From Owenia fusiformis (lineage: Eukaryota), in NCBI GenBank assembly GCA_903813345.2, contig CAIIXF020000001.1:19158001-19222000 (forward strand): a stretch of DNA of 64,000 nt. Direction: 5' to 3'. This document shows, one piece after another, positions 25,808 through 40,600 of the stretch. The position numbers and the translations under genes are program-made. The number at the start of each line of letters is the position of its first letter. Position 1 is the first letter of the stretch. The notes beneath the pieces were generated by a model, which was not told the origin of the DNA, made no database searches, and saw only the letters and a program-made list of their open reading frames with translations.

Positions 25808-25907
25808 TGACAATTCTGTAAATGGTCAGTTCGGAGGGGATGACAATTCTGTAAATGGTCAGTTCGGAGGGGATGACAATTCTGTAAATGGTCAGTTCGG
25901 AGGGGAT
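25808..25907. repeat. 33-bp tandem repeat x3
   Basis: TGACAATTCTGTAAATGGTCAGTTCGGAGGGGA, perfect copies. Confidence 0.9.
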
Positions 25908-28617
25908 TGAGTTCACAAATGTGCTTAAAAGTTCGATTAATTTTTTTTTTAAAAATATAATACATTTTCAGGTAAATACAGGGTGTCTCCAAACATGTCA
26001 ATATGAAGTTCTATACACATGTATACAGAAAAACACTTGATGGAAGAGATAAAGGGGCTTGGTAGGATATAAAGGGGCTTGGTAGGATGGTACCTTTCTC
26101 AACACTATTTCTTTCATGATGCTTTTTTTATATGATCTGCAAAGGAATAACTTACAATATATAACTTATAATATCCAGTAGAGGTAGCAAAAAACATTTC
26201 ATGCGTAGTACATATACATGTATATAAAACCCAAATTACATCCAGCATTCTCTTTAACATCTTAATCAGTCTCTTAATCAGCTTAAAATGAATGCTCATA
26301 TAATAACTTCAGCATAAAATTGTATATAATTACAGTCTGTTTACTTTCTGTCAGTCTTAATCTATATAAAACATTTATCAAAATTGCATTAAAATGATCT
26401 AACTGATCTCAAAACCACGCATTAGGATATTTTCAGTGTTGGAGAGTAAAGGAAAACTGTTAAAAAATATAAATCGTCAGCCCTGAGCACATTTTGACAA
26501 ATTACACCGACATTCATACCATATATTCAAAAGAAGAATCAATTATCTAGTTCAATATTATTCAAAATATCTCCATTTGTGTTCTATGTTCAAATAGGCA
26601 GATGAATGTTGCGCTATCTATTTATATATGCAATGTATCAAGAATACAGCTCAAATCAAAATAACTTGTACTTAGGTTTGGTGATATGCAGTCTCTGTCA
26701 TTTTGTGGCTGCCTTCATTCAGCTGTACATCGTCTAGATACGAGGGAATTCAATAAGTAATGACAACATAACAATCTTATTGAACACCCTTTATCAATAA
26801 ATACTTTTACATACTGAAAACTAACAATATCATTAACATATAGCTTGCATTTTATAAACTTCAAAACTGGGGGTCTTTGAAAACGAAATCAATATTTGGT
26901 AATCTATTCCATTGATTTATATTGGTAGCATTGGGCGCTTTGGCAAAATGGAAATATGAAATTGTTAGATTATCTAAGGAAAGATATTTTAAACTAATAT
27001 TCCCCAGAATTCATCATTGCACCAATAGTTTGTTTTAGCTTAACTTTTATTTATAAATATTTTGTGCAATTAAAATGTAATCTGATGTATATGTATAAAT
27101 TGATGATAATGATAATGTCTTCTACTTACTCTAGTTTCTTGTGAAATTAGATCTTTCATAATGTCTGAATTATTTACAATTGGTGTACAATACATATACT
27201 ACAATGAATCCTTTCCAAAAACTACAATATAATTTAAATCACTAAATATACTACAATAATTATTTACTACAATATCTTATTGTTTATTTTATACTGCAAA
27301 TCAAGACAGTTCAGTTATATAGGTTTTTACAATTAACTTCAATGTGTGCATCCCTTTGGAATCACACAACAAATATCAACAATTACATATCAAGAAATAT
27401 GAGGTCGGGTATGTAAAGCTAAAATCAGTGAACATCTCTGAAATCTTTTTCAAACTTAGTAATCAATACGATAAGATCAACATGACAGTTATAGAAAAAA
27501 CTCTAGCCTTGACAAATATAAAATGTGATTTTATAAAGGAACCATTTCTACGTACTATATTGCAAGAACTTCTTTCAGTGTTGTGAAGTACATAAATATG
27601 TAACATATACAGTATAAACATTTATTTAATTTACCAACTCTTCAGCTGTTAACTAACAACAGCTGTGCCATCTATATTTCAAAATAATCACTAATTATAA
27701 TTAAGGAAAATGAATGGTTGATAACAAGATAATCAAGTATGCGCCAACAGATTGTTTTCCTTTTTTTAAATCCAAACAGAATAAAAAGAGCTCTTGATGG
27801 GCTCATAAAATATGGAAGTCTTCATTGTAAATAGTCTTGATTATTTCTTTCTAAATCTGGTCTCACGCTTTCCTATATCTTAATGGATGAACGTCTGTTG
27901 ATAAATGTTCAATATTCTTCAAAAGGAACTTATATCACCTGAAGATTGCAGCACCATACATCATATTCTAATAACAGTATAATATAATAACAATTCAGCA
28001 TCCAACCATTTTTTGTAGGTCAGATAAGTTGAGATGACAAATACATATGAGACATAATCACATAAATATGGAATATGAATCATATTTATAGGGAACAGGA
28101 GTCACATAAACAAAGAACATTAATCACATAAATATATGTGATAGTTGCGTATTGAACTATAATTGCCTTATGTATAGTTGCTGTAGTCGTTGTAAGAGGT
28201 TTGATTTGAACTTCTTTTGTAGTCAGTTCTACTCTCATTTTGTCCTTCATTGGGAGTTCAGCATTCGCTGATTTAGGTGAAAGGTCATCACCTTTCATGC
28301 CATCTCAAGTAATTTTGGAATCTGCCACCAGAGGTCACTAGGGGATGTGACGCATACCTTGTTGTAAATGTGAACACTGTTTAATCCGCTGACACCAGAT
28401 ATGCCATCTGGCATAAGGTTTGACCCCCGAGAGTTGACATATTTCCAGCACCAATGAAAGTATTTCTCTTCTTCGGATGATTTCATTATGTGTGACCTTC
28501 TACATTTAGAGGCAGGCATATTGTAAGCTGGTTCATGGGTCATCTTTAGGCTATCACCCTCCTGACAGGTAACATCTTCAGGTCTTCACTCCCCCTACAG
28601 GAGTCATATATAGGCCT

Positions 28618-31600
28618 TCAGAGTAGAAACAGACACATGAGAAAGACTATCAGATTCACCTCTGGTACACTAGATGTTCCCCCTGACAGTGAGCCGAAGA
28701 GAAGCTTGGGCATCTTGAATGTACTTGAGGGGATCACACCATCACTGAAATAGAGAAGAACACCCATCAATGAACTGGATATGTGTCAGACCAAAGTATA
28801 AACAAATGAATGCTTTTCTGATTATTATCTTCTTGGTGACAATTTTGAAATGTTTTTTTATGGAGATTGATTATGAAACATGGGGAGTAACTTTTCAGCA
28901 AATGTAGCCATAGGAACAGTTCTAAATATTGCTACAATTTAAACTCAAACTAGTTCAATAGAGGGCAGTCAAATCAAATCTGAGTGTGATGTAGCAAAAT
29001 AAAGAGTTTGACAGAAGTCAAAAGTCATACATAATGAGGTGTAACACACAAATATAATATCAATACCAACATGGGGTTAATATGGTCAGACCAACCATGT
29101 CAGTTAATGGTTTGCCAAGTTATATATCAACCATAAAAATATTATCCATTTCTCTTGTAATTCACTACAAAAACTTCACGTTCACAATGCCTGGTTTATT
29201 CAATTTGATTTTCCAATTTAATTTTCAAGAAAGTATTTCATTTGGTTTCAAAATCCATGAACATGAATTCTCAGTACAGTTCAACTTACTTTAAGTGAAA
29301 CTTTTCATTACTTGTATCTGTATACAGTATATTAAATTACAGGTATCGAATCTACACGCAAGTACCTTGAACTATTATTTCTCAATTGCACCTTTGAAAA
29401 TGTGGTTATGAAATGAAATGAAAAATATTATCATATTTTTGCATTTCACATAATAAGTGTGGATAAATCATAAGCATAGTAGTTACAGGGTAGGTTCTAT
29501 AAATCACACTACTTATGGGGTAAATCCTAAAATCATTCTACTTATAGAGAGGCTCTATCTCACTGTTCTCAAATTGCTTAGGTGGAGGGTCTACAAGTCA
29601 AATTACTGGGGGATGGCCTATTAATCAGACCCTTGGGAGTAGGGTCTACAAATCATTTTACTTACGGGGTAGGGTCTATTCTGACCCAGAGCTCATTGAA
29701 ACTCCCTTTCATCTTAGGCTTGACTGTCGCTTCTCCTTTGATTCTTTTCCTTCTGCCTCGATTCTTATTTCTAGACCTTTGACGACTACAAAAAATTAAT
29801 AAATATTCAAGATTAACCAAAATAATTTCAAATATTGTATGGTCAATTAATAATAACAAACAGAACAGCAATCTGGGAGTTATTTGGTGTAAATGACTGG
29901 ATTTTAAAGGGATCATATTTCATGTTTCACATGATATTCATATATAAATGAACAATGCCCACTAAGTAAAATAAACATTTAGAATTTAATAAATATCATA
30001 TGAGGAAAACCGAAGCGATTTTTTTTAGTTATGATAACAGACAAGACAAAGAGTAACATTTAATGTTTCTTATTTCTCATAATTTTCTTTAGATCATATA
30101 AGGTTAGAGGTTTGGCTTAAAAAAACAAATTAATTACCCCCCTGTCTGGTGTAAATTCTATGGTTCATTCTCAAGTGCATGATAATTATATAGTAAACGC
30201 TTATGAGTATAACCCATAATATGCATGGGCACGTACAGTACATAACATTATAAAGGAAGTACAGAAAATGTGTGGCCTTATATCTTGCAGTATTGAGAGT
30301 GGGGTACTATACTCATTGCGTTAAATCAACTTATTGAATAGTTTCCTTAAATATTGATATCTAAGATATAATGTAAAAATATTTATATTTCTTTAATATG
30401 TATAGAGCTTTGAGTGGGGTGGGATTATAAAATACAAATGAACTGAATTATTGAATTGATTTCACTAAATATTTGTGCTAGACATGAATTTGATATTTCA
30501 CTTATTTGCACTCATAGGATATACGATACATCGGCAAATGTCTTGAATTGTTAATCTATGGATATCATAGTTGAATTAGTTTATTAATAAGTTAGTCCAA
30601 CAATGCATAACTCACTACCAGAGATATTACGGCATCTAACAAGAATTCTATTAATATTTCATAATATTTAGGATAGGGAATTGAAAATTATACAATAGAC
30701 CCCAACATCAATTATGTGATGTTTAATAATTATTTTCCCTAAACACACAACTGTACTATAACTCTAACAAATGTTTATTTCCACTTAAATTTTCATTTTT
30801 TCATTTAATACCAAATACGGTATAACGTGAAATTGGTCAAATTACTTTTTCTTGTCATTGGTCAGGAGCTGAGTGTGCGTGTACTTTTGTTATTAACAAA
30901 CAAGTGTGTAGTAGAGACTTCTTAACACTATTGACATTTTATCTTAACATGCACCTCAAATTCATGTATGATCGCAAAATCAATATTTTAGAATATTTCT
31001 AGGGATTTAGATGCCATATGAATGAAGGAAAATGTGTGGAAATCGGCAGTGCCATATGGACTCTTTTACTCAAGTTACAACTGCATATATTCTTTATATG
31101 GGGTATGAAATGTGTCTTATGTTTAATAAACACTGAAATGCTGAAACCAATTTGTTAGATTTCAATTAACTTGATATTATGTAGATATCGCAAATTTGTT
31201 AAGTTGTTGTAAAGTAAATAACATACACATTGAGAGATTGAAAGAAATACAATAGCAATGTACCTCAATTAAAGTAAAATAAAATCATGATTGTTAAATC
31301 TTATTTAACATTCCCAAAAATTTTATGATTTGCCAAAAAATGCACTCAACAGTATCTACTTGAATTAAACAGGGATTTATAAATTGAAAAAAATCTATTA
31401 CCATGCCAGTTTTAAATCTGAAATCACCACCTTTAAGATGGTGGAATAATTTGTGGTATGTATTTATTAAATCTCTCTCGTCTATACCTTTCCCTTGGTC
31501 ACATGCAAACATCATGTAGTACATGTAATGTACATTACTCAATATCACTTAATTATCATGCAATTTATGTGAGCGCAAATTTTGGTGCAATTTCACCTAC

Positions 31601-34600
31601 ATTTCTACTTTAAAATTGCCTCACATTATTACGGGAAATGAAACACATTGATATAAAAGACAACATACACATGCAAAGTACAATATATCTATACTCTTGA
31701 AAAAAGCAAAACAAGTACCAACAAGAAAGAAGATTTGGATCCATAAAACAGAAAAACAACATTTTAACAGGCACACCAATTTTGAAAAGAAATATATAAA
31801 TGAAAAAAATCCAGACGAAATAAAAAGGACTTGCATTAACAATGGTCATAGCAAAGTAGCAAAGTAGTAGGTTAATCCCAGAGACAACTTTTCATTAAGG
31901 TATTAACCCCCCCCCCCCCCTACCTCTTTTTCCCTGTTTTATGGATCCAAACCTGTATGAACATATGATGTCCTACCTAGATTTTCGCCTAGGGGTATAA
32001 TACTGTGGATAGTGACCATTTACAATAAGGGGTGGCATAGGGAAAGAGGACATGTCTGACATTGGGAACATATTGTTGCTCGCATGCTTCTTCTTTTTAT
32101 GTCGTTGTTTGGTTTTTCTGTAATAAAATAACAACATTCATCTAAATAGGGTCAAACCACCAAGGAGGGAGTCGGGCCTTGAAATAATCTAAGTTCATAT
32201 TTCTAAATATCATAATTTCAAGATAAATAAAAAAAATACTAACTCAAGATAAAATAATTCAGGAGTAAAAATTATCAAAAATACATGGGATAAAATTGAT
32301 GAAATAATAATAAAATAAAAATGCAAACATATTATATTTTCTCATTTAGAAATCATGAAATTAAAATTCAACTTCAATATATGGTGAACTTAAATATTTT
32401 CAAAATTTAGCCACGGGTGAGAATAAGAATAATTATGCATCTAATTGAATCATCTGGTCAGGAACTCCATTGAATGGCGATTGACCTCCATTATTATGCT
32501 GATGAGGATTCAATTAAAGGATAATGTAAATTCCAAGTGCCATTGCCAAGATTCATATAGGTGTTTTGTGCCACATGTATAATTCTGTCCAAGTGTCACA
32601 CTGTTATAATAAGAGAGAACTGGTAAACTACATCATACTACCACATATCCATATAATTATTGAGCCAGACACATTTTTTCAAGTGCCAATATATTTCATG
32701 AGTGTTGTGTATTGGAAGTTTCTGGATAAGGGGCGGTTATCATGAAATAGAAAGATATTATTTCGAAATGTTCGAAAATTGATAAATTCAAGCCTATTTC
32801 CGGTAGTGGGAAGAATCTTTACACATTAAACCATTACTAGTTTGACTGTCTAAGTGGAACACCTTTGATACATCTTAAAGGTGTTCTACTTATAGGGGTT
32901 CATTTAAAATTACTCTGAAAAGTGTTCTGCTATCAGAGGTTTTCTACTTCTAGAGGTGTTCCACTTTACAGGTTTCACTGTACTAAGAATGAGAACAGTT
33001 CCAGTCAACACTTGTCTGTCAACTATTTAGATTATTTGACTTACAAATAGATCTTTCCCCTTATACACAATGTGGTGTTCTGAACTTTTCATTCAACACC
33101 CCCTAATTTAGGAGGTGTATATGTTAAGCTGTAACCTGTTTCTCCATTGGTGTTGAAGCTTCAGAATCTGCACTTGCAGAATCCCTCAGTTCTGGCAGAG
33201 TTAAAATAGTTATGTTAAATTTTTAAGTAATATTAAAAGTCCCTGATATATAATTGTCAACCCCAAACAAAACAGGCTAATTTGCTGTTAAAAGGTCAAT
33301 GTTTATTCTCAGTAATCCACAATAACTCTGGCTGTCAGTCAAAGTTCTTTTCGGGATTTAACAAAAGGATTTCTGATTGGTTGCATACAATGACACGGTT
33401 CATTTGACAGAACTAATGTACCCTTAACTCGCTGACGTAGGCTGTGGATCAGAGATTCATACTTTTTCGAGTTGGATGGTCACAATATGTAAAACATTGA
33501 ATATGTAATATGTTGAACTGTATAATTCCAAACTGAAGGGTACTTAAGTCAATTCGGCAAATCTTTGGACTTATCCTTGGGGATTCTGGGAATCCTTTTT
33601 GAGAAGGGACACACCTCATTAATGGGAACCAGTATGAGTGAAAGAACCAATGGAATCATCTTGACAAAATCTATTCACTGAACTCAACAGTCCAGAAGTA
33701 AAACCACTTGTCCTACCCCGCTTCAAAAGTTAATCAGTTTAGTATGCTAACTTTGCGCATATCAAAGTCAAAACAATATTATTTGTCCGCTCATAATCTT
33801 GCATGTTATAGCACTGTATGGCTAAGCAGTCGGTCAATCCCTACTAATGATATTATATTAATTTTTGCTTTGAAATAATCACTTGGAAATAAAAATATAC
33901 ATGATATGGCATAGTTATTAGAGACCCCTAGACACATGTAATATATTGACAATAACCTGGCAATGGTGTATGGAAATAATAATCTTATGGAAACCTACCA
34001 CATTAGCTTTCTAGATGTAACTAGAAAACCTATGTTTGGTTTAACTAGCACCAAATCTTACAACAGAAGTACAGTACAACAGTAAATAAATATGAATGAA
34101 ACAAACATTCAAACAATTGAAATAGTGCATTCGCTGTATTATATACAACAACTTAAAGCACTACCGAATACTGAAACCTCAAGCTCTCCATCATCATCTA
34201 ACTTTTGAATGATCTTCAAACTGAAAATGTATTTTTAATATAACGTCATAGACTCTAAGACATTCCAGTCTTTCCCACTTTTCAATTTCTAATAATACAA
34301 AAATGCATACTATTATTGAACAAAAGTCAATAATAGTATGCAATGTTTGATTCTGATCTGTGAGTTATTTTTAGAGCAAAAACTGAACAGAGAGCCTGAG
34401 GACTGTATCAGAATTTATGTACTTTATACAAGAACTGTGCCATAAGTTATGTGCCTTCCACAAGGACTGTGCCATAAGTTACGTGCCTTTCATGAGGACT
34501 GTACAATAAGTTATTTGCCTTCTACAAGGACAGTGCTTCAAGTTGTATTCCATAAGATACTTGATTTAACTGAGGACTGTCCCATAAGTTACATGCTTAT

Positions 34601-37600
34601 AAATTACATACCCTGAGATTTGAGTGTCTGGTGAGGTATGTTCTACAGAGAATCCTTGTTCCCGCAAGCGGTCAATCACTGTGTTATTGCCTAAGAAGTG
34701 ACCTGGAAGAATAAATTACATGTACTTGGACATATGTATACAGTACATATTTAAACAGGATTTTCTAATGTAACAATAATTATTGAACAGTCCTTGTATT
34801 TCAACACTTTTAAAGTACTAATTATGCAAGGATTTTATGTGTTGAGTAAAGAATCCTTACATTTTCCAAAATGTTGACTGAGTAATAATGCATAAATATA
34901 TTGATGTGTTGGCAATTCATTAGACATGCCTTCAGACATAATAAATATTGAAATAAAATTCTGGCAGAAATGTTGATATACTTTCACCAGATGTAGATTT
35001 GGAATAAACATTGATGTATATTATATATTTAGAGTTAATCAACTTTAAATGCAATGAAAACAAGAAACCTCAGAACTGTAGAAGGGGGAGGACTGTATGC
35101 AGAAATTCATGAACATGTCCGAACAATTTATTGAAATGATCAATATTGATCTAATGGACTAGGAAATAGTTTTTGATGTTTTCGAAGCATCCTGTATAAT
35201 TTTTCTGCTGCGTTTAACGCTTGGTCAGATCAATTTTTCTTCGAAAGAAAACATTACGTTCTCAGCAGAAACAGAGAGCCTATGTTTACAATGTACTCTT
35301 CTCTCCTAATTGGCCCAGACTTTCTAATCTAAGAGTGGTGGAATTTTTCGCATGTCTTTGGATAAGTTTTCACATTCTTTCTAAATACTTACAAGGTGGT
35401 CATAGTATCACTATCCTGAATTTCTATCAGTTAATCAAACTATACTTTGACTATTTCAAATATCATATAGGTCATGATTAGTTCCTAAAATGGGGCACAA
35501 AAAACAAAAGTAACTTAGATTTGTTAACTGCTCGTTTCAAAGATTTTTTCTTCAAAAAGTTCATATTTTGTTATTTTTCTTTCTTTTAAAGCATTCATCG
35601 TTCAAAATTTTGTTTCTATAGGTCTATTGACTGTGAGATCCAAACAATTCTTAACAAGATGAATATAATTAATTCCCAATCAATCTTGTTCAAGTATTTA
35701 CTTGTGGGTGACCAAATATAGTCATTCATCATCATTTTAAGCATTAATCATATATGGACTCCACACAAAAAATGTTTATTACAAAGCATCTTCAACTGGT
35801 TGACAAACGTAGTAATATTCATCAATGACAGACAGTAAATATTGATGGCCCGTTAACGGATCTTTCACTTATTACCACTTGGGTCTGTCAGACATTTTCA
35901 AGTCATTAATAACCAAAGATCAAAAAGTAAAGTCTTTCAAATATATATGTATTCTACTTTGAACTAGTATCTAAATTCAAAGAACAATGTACATTGAACC
36001 AGTTAAGACAGACTATTTAGCAAGTTGATACATCAGCTTGTATGGCATGATCTATAAAGAGCTTATCAAATGCTAATCTAAAGGAAATCATTTGAGAATC
36101 GTAAAAGTCATTTGGAGAAATCTGGAGAAATACTAAGTGGCTCAATGTTTACATCTTATCCTCAAAAAACAATTGCATCATCAATATATTTTGATATGGA
36201 CCTTCTTTTTTGTTACTATTAAGATTGAGATAATATACAGTGAAACCTGTATATTCAAACACCTCTCTAATCTGAACACCTCTCAATGTGAACACTTTTT
36301 CTCGTGTTTAAAAGACCTTGAAATGCGAACACCTACTAATGTGAACAATTTTGGTCAGTCTCACTGGTATTTGGATTCAACAGGTTTTACTGTATTACAT
36401 TCTAAAAATTCTAAAGGATGTACACACTTCATAGTATTGGCACTTTTCCATGTTGCTTACTGGATAAACATTTCATAAGGTTTAATGGTTCCGAAAAAAA
36501 GTTTTGTATCATAGAACATCACAGTAAATGTATAAATTACAGGTTGCGATGATTTTTGAGAGAGTTCGAGCAAGTTTAATCTATGCATTGAAGAATGAAA
36601 GTAGAAGACGGCAGAACAAATTGCAGTAATTAGACTCCTATATGTTTCTCCAACCCATGTACACTTCAATTACACATGACAAGTTTTGAGATCATGAAAC
36701 ATTAAGGCCAGTCAAGACCACACAATGTAGAGCCTTCTTTAAAAGTTCCTCTGCTAGACATCTAGGACTCCATGTCCAAAAGAGACCTTTTATTCTAATG
36801 CCACTTAGAGTTTTGAGAGTAAACATGGCTGAAAACATATAACGCCCCCTATTGAGATGTCATAACCTTTCATTTGAAAACCTGACATCTTCTTTATTTC
36901 AAATCACAATAAGTTCAATTACCAAAGTGTCCTGTTTTTTTAGATACATTCAAATATGGCTTTGTTTTATAGAAACGATTTTCGGTTTGATTCAATTTTT
37001 TGTCAGACGATCAAGACCGCGTCTAGACCCAAGTTCCGCAAACATTTCTTCATTCCCGTTTATAGCAGCCTCATAAACTGAATTCCAAGCCATCAAAGAT
37101 TTAATAGATCTACTGTAATATAATTATAGGAATTTAACAGGAAGATTTATTCATTTACTGTGGTGAGTCACTGTGGTCCGAAATGAATTTAGACGATTTA
37201 AATATGGGGCTGGTATTCAGATGGTTGGCAATTGGCCCCCTGAGTGCTATAATTCAATTAAAGCATAAAATTCTGGCGCTTTTGCTTTCTGGAGTTTGTT
37301 ACCCGTTATTGAGTGCTACTTGAAAACCACAGACTATTTTCTTGAAGATTTGTAATTGTTATGCATCAAGTATATGATTCCAAGTATGAAGAAAACCTAT
37401 CTGAATGAGAGTAAAGTCATGTTTTTGATATATCAAAAGATAGTGGGTGGAAGAAAAGGATACGATTTTGGCATTGGTTCCTTGTTTGTTCAAGAATCAC
37501 TTTGATGTGTGTAGATCAAACATAATATTGGCACCCGTAACTCTCATCATTCCTTTGTGACTTCTAAGAAAGGTAAATCTGTTTTTTATCAATCCCACAC

Positions 37601-40600
37601 TTAACATTGAAATCAATGCTAAATCTTTGATAAGCCCTTCTAATGGCAAATCAAGACATTTTCGCTCGGCTTCACAGAGAGATGTTAACAGTAAGATATG
37701 CCGGTGTGAACATGTTTTAGAGATTTGCTGAATGCGTACCTTCAGATGAAAGTTCGATGTATCATCGTTGATTAGAAAAGCCTACCTGTAAGTCAACGCT
37801 AATAAATCGCTGTCAGGTGTAAAAGTGGCCTATCAATACCTTCTTTACCGTAATATAAAAAGCAGATTGAATAGTTCCTTTGAGAGAGGAATCTACGAAC
37901 GATCCCCCATGAACAATCCACATTGAGATCAAAGACACTATAATTGACTTCTGTAAGATGAACTAATCTAAAACAAACAAGCAAGAAACAACCCGCTATT
38001 TTCAGATTTTTCTATTATAGCTCTAGCAGGATGTAATTCAAAATCTCCCGGGTAGATAACAACAACTATCCAACTTTTTAAAACAATTTTTTCACGAAGA
38101 TGATGATGGATTCATACAAGTATACAGCTCCAGATAAATATGATCAATTATGTAATTAGCCCTAGTTGAAGCAGTTGCCGCAGTGGGGGATTTCTTGAGG
38201 TTATGCACTCAATTGTACTTTGCTAGGATACCTTATTTGAGGGTTGTTCAATCTTTAACACATATATTTTCTCTGAGGTTGTTCAATCTTTTACACATAT
38301 CTTTTTGTGGGTTGTTCAAATCTTAACCCATATCTTTTCTGAGGGTTGTTCAATCTTTTACAGTTATATTTTTTGAGTGTTGTTCAATCTTTACATTATC
38401 TGTCTGAGGGCTGTTCAATCTTTTCCAAATATTTTATCTGAGACTTGTTCAATCTCTTATACATATCTTATCTGAGGGGTGTTTAATCAACATTATACAT
38501 ACATCTTTTCTGAGGGTTGTTCAATCTTTAATTCATATCTTTTATGGGGCTTGTTCAATCCTTTACACATATCTTATCCGAAGCTTGTTCAATCATTAAG
38601 TTGTTCAATCTTTTACACATTAATACTTTACATACCTGCTCCAAATGCGAAAAAGAAAGTTTTCTTTGGATGACTCTTCAATAGCTGCATGACCCGTTCC
38701 GCCATTCTTTGGTTGCGTTTATAAATAAGCTCATATCTAAAGTAAGTATCTATATCTGTTGCTGTATAACTGTCCCCACTGGAGATATTGACTAGTTTCG
38801 GCACCTGTGACGTGTCATGATTAAATATTACTGCATTTAAGTCACCGCAGTTATAATGTTTTATAAGATCGCCAGTTGTATAAGGTACGGGATTCCTAGC
38901 CAGTCGTATTTTCTCATGCTGGTACAGAGTTTGGTTTAAAGCAAATACCACCTGAAAATATATGATCATTTTTTAAACATTTACTGGAAACAGAGTAACA
39001 TGCATGTACATAGGGTTATATTGTACATAGGGTTATCAAGTTCTAGCATGAATTAAAAAAATCAATCTTAGATATAATTTCATCATCGCAAAAAGATATC
39101 GATGAAAAGAATCAAAAGTTCATCAAAATTGCTAGAGAAACCATACATTTGAGAGGGCAAATATCGTTTTGGGTGAGAAATACTATAAAAAACTCAGTAA
39201 AATACAATGTGTTCAGATATGAATACCTTTAGTCCACTGATACCACTCATATTAGCAAAACTTGCAAAATAGGATCATAGACACTTTTGTGGAAATCCTT
39301 ACTTTTAACTAATAACAAGTAATAACTAAGACCCAATTAATATGGAACACATCTTGACACAAATATGATAACAGCTAAAAGTGCATTTTGAAAAATATGA
39401 TTTTTACAAATATATATGGTCTCATATGCCCAGAAAGTAGCCTGCTAAAGATAACAAATATATTTCAAGTGAATCAATAGTTTTTAACCTCACTCTTTTT
39501 ATCTTAAACATAGCACTCAACGGTATAAAATCGTAAAAAGACTCGCATTTTGTTTTGTTTTCTATGAACTGAAATAACATTTAAATTCTACAATTTCAAA
39601 TCAAAGCAAAAAATACTATATTTGAGAATGCATTTTAACTTATTTGACCCAAAGCAATTATCGGCTTGTATTTCTTCAAGAAGTTGAAAATTCATAGGCA
39701 TCAGATCAAAGTAATATAATTAAAGGTGATTCAAATCAACCCAAGGCTAGATTCTCTAATTACTCTTTGAAATAAACACACCTCTTGAATACAAAAAAAT
39801 CAATAGTAATAAAAAGCTCATTAGACGATACTAGACAATAAAGTAATTGAAATATTATCTTTTTGTGCCACAAGCAAATGTACAGTAGATCGTATACTTC
39901 GACTTGCAATGACAAAATACCATGTTGGTCAATTTATCTTGAAACTCTTAAAGCTAGACTTTGAAAAATGGAGATCTCAGTCTATTTATCTAAAAACTCA
40001 AAGATCAAGAAAAATGACTCTTGGGTCAATTTATCTTTAAAATACTTCAGATCAGACAGAGAAAAATCATCTCCTTTGAAAACCTTAGAAGAAATTTTAT
40101 GACATCAAGTCACCAAAAATAAACTTTTAACTTATTGAATAACATTACAAAATGCTTGAAAAAAATCAATTTCTGATATCACACATCCCTGATATATACT
40201 CAGTTTGAAAGAAAGAAAATTGAATGTGATGTAATCTTAAATATATCTACAGATGTCTAGCATACCATCACACCCAATGAAAGTCAAAGCGACCCATTTA
40301 AATAAATATTATCCCAAAGTCATGTTTTATTTATTTGGTTCAAGATGTAACAGCCCCCACATAACCAACAACCGGAGCCAATTTGTTTAATATCAAAGAT
40401 CAAAGGAAAGGATTCCGATATGACTTATAAAACAGGTGTAGATTCAACAGGTACCCCCAGTTTGTATTATACCATATCTCTCATTACATTCAATGATAAA
40501 AGTAACTCTATGTACCAGTAATATAATTATCTGAATACTGCATATTTCTTGAACAGAGCACCAAGGGCCAGCCTCCGAGGTGTTTATCATCTATACCATT

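Noticed and set aside
28086-28543. ORFs 28086-28298 and 28295-28543 as TIKI coding sequence
   Set aside because: They lie downstream of the predicted stop at 28618-28620 and have no recognisable motifs; probably 3' UTR.
33136-33191. Possible extra TIKI exon (ctctgccag|...CAG|gttaca)
   Set aside because: In the phase required by exon 4 it meets TGA, and the donor is weak; exon 4 joins 32117 cleanly without it.
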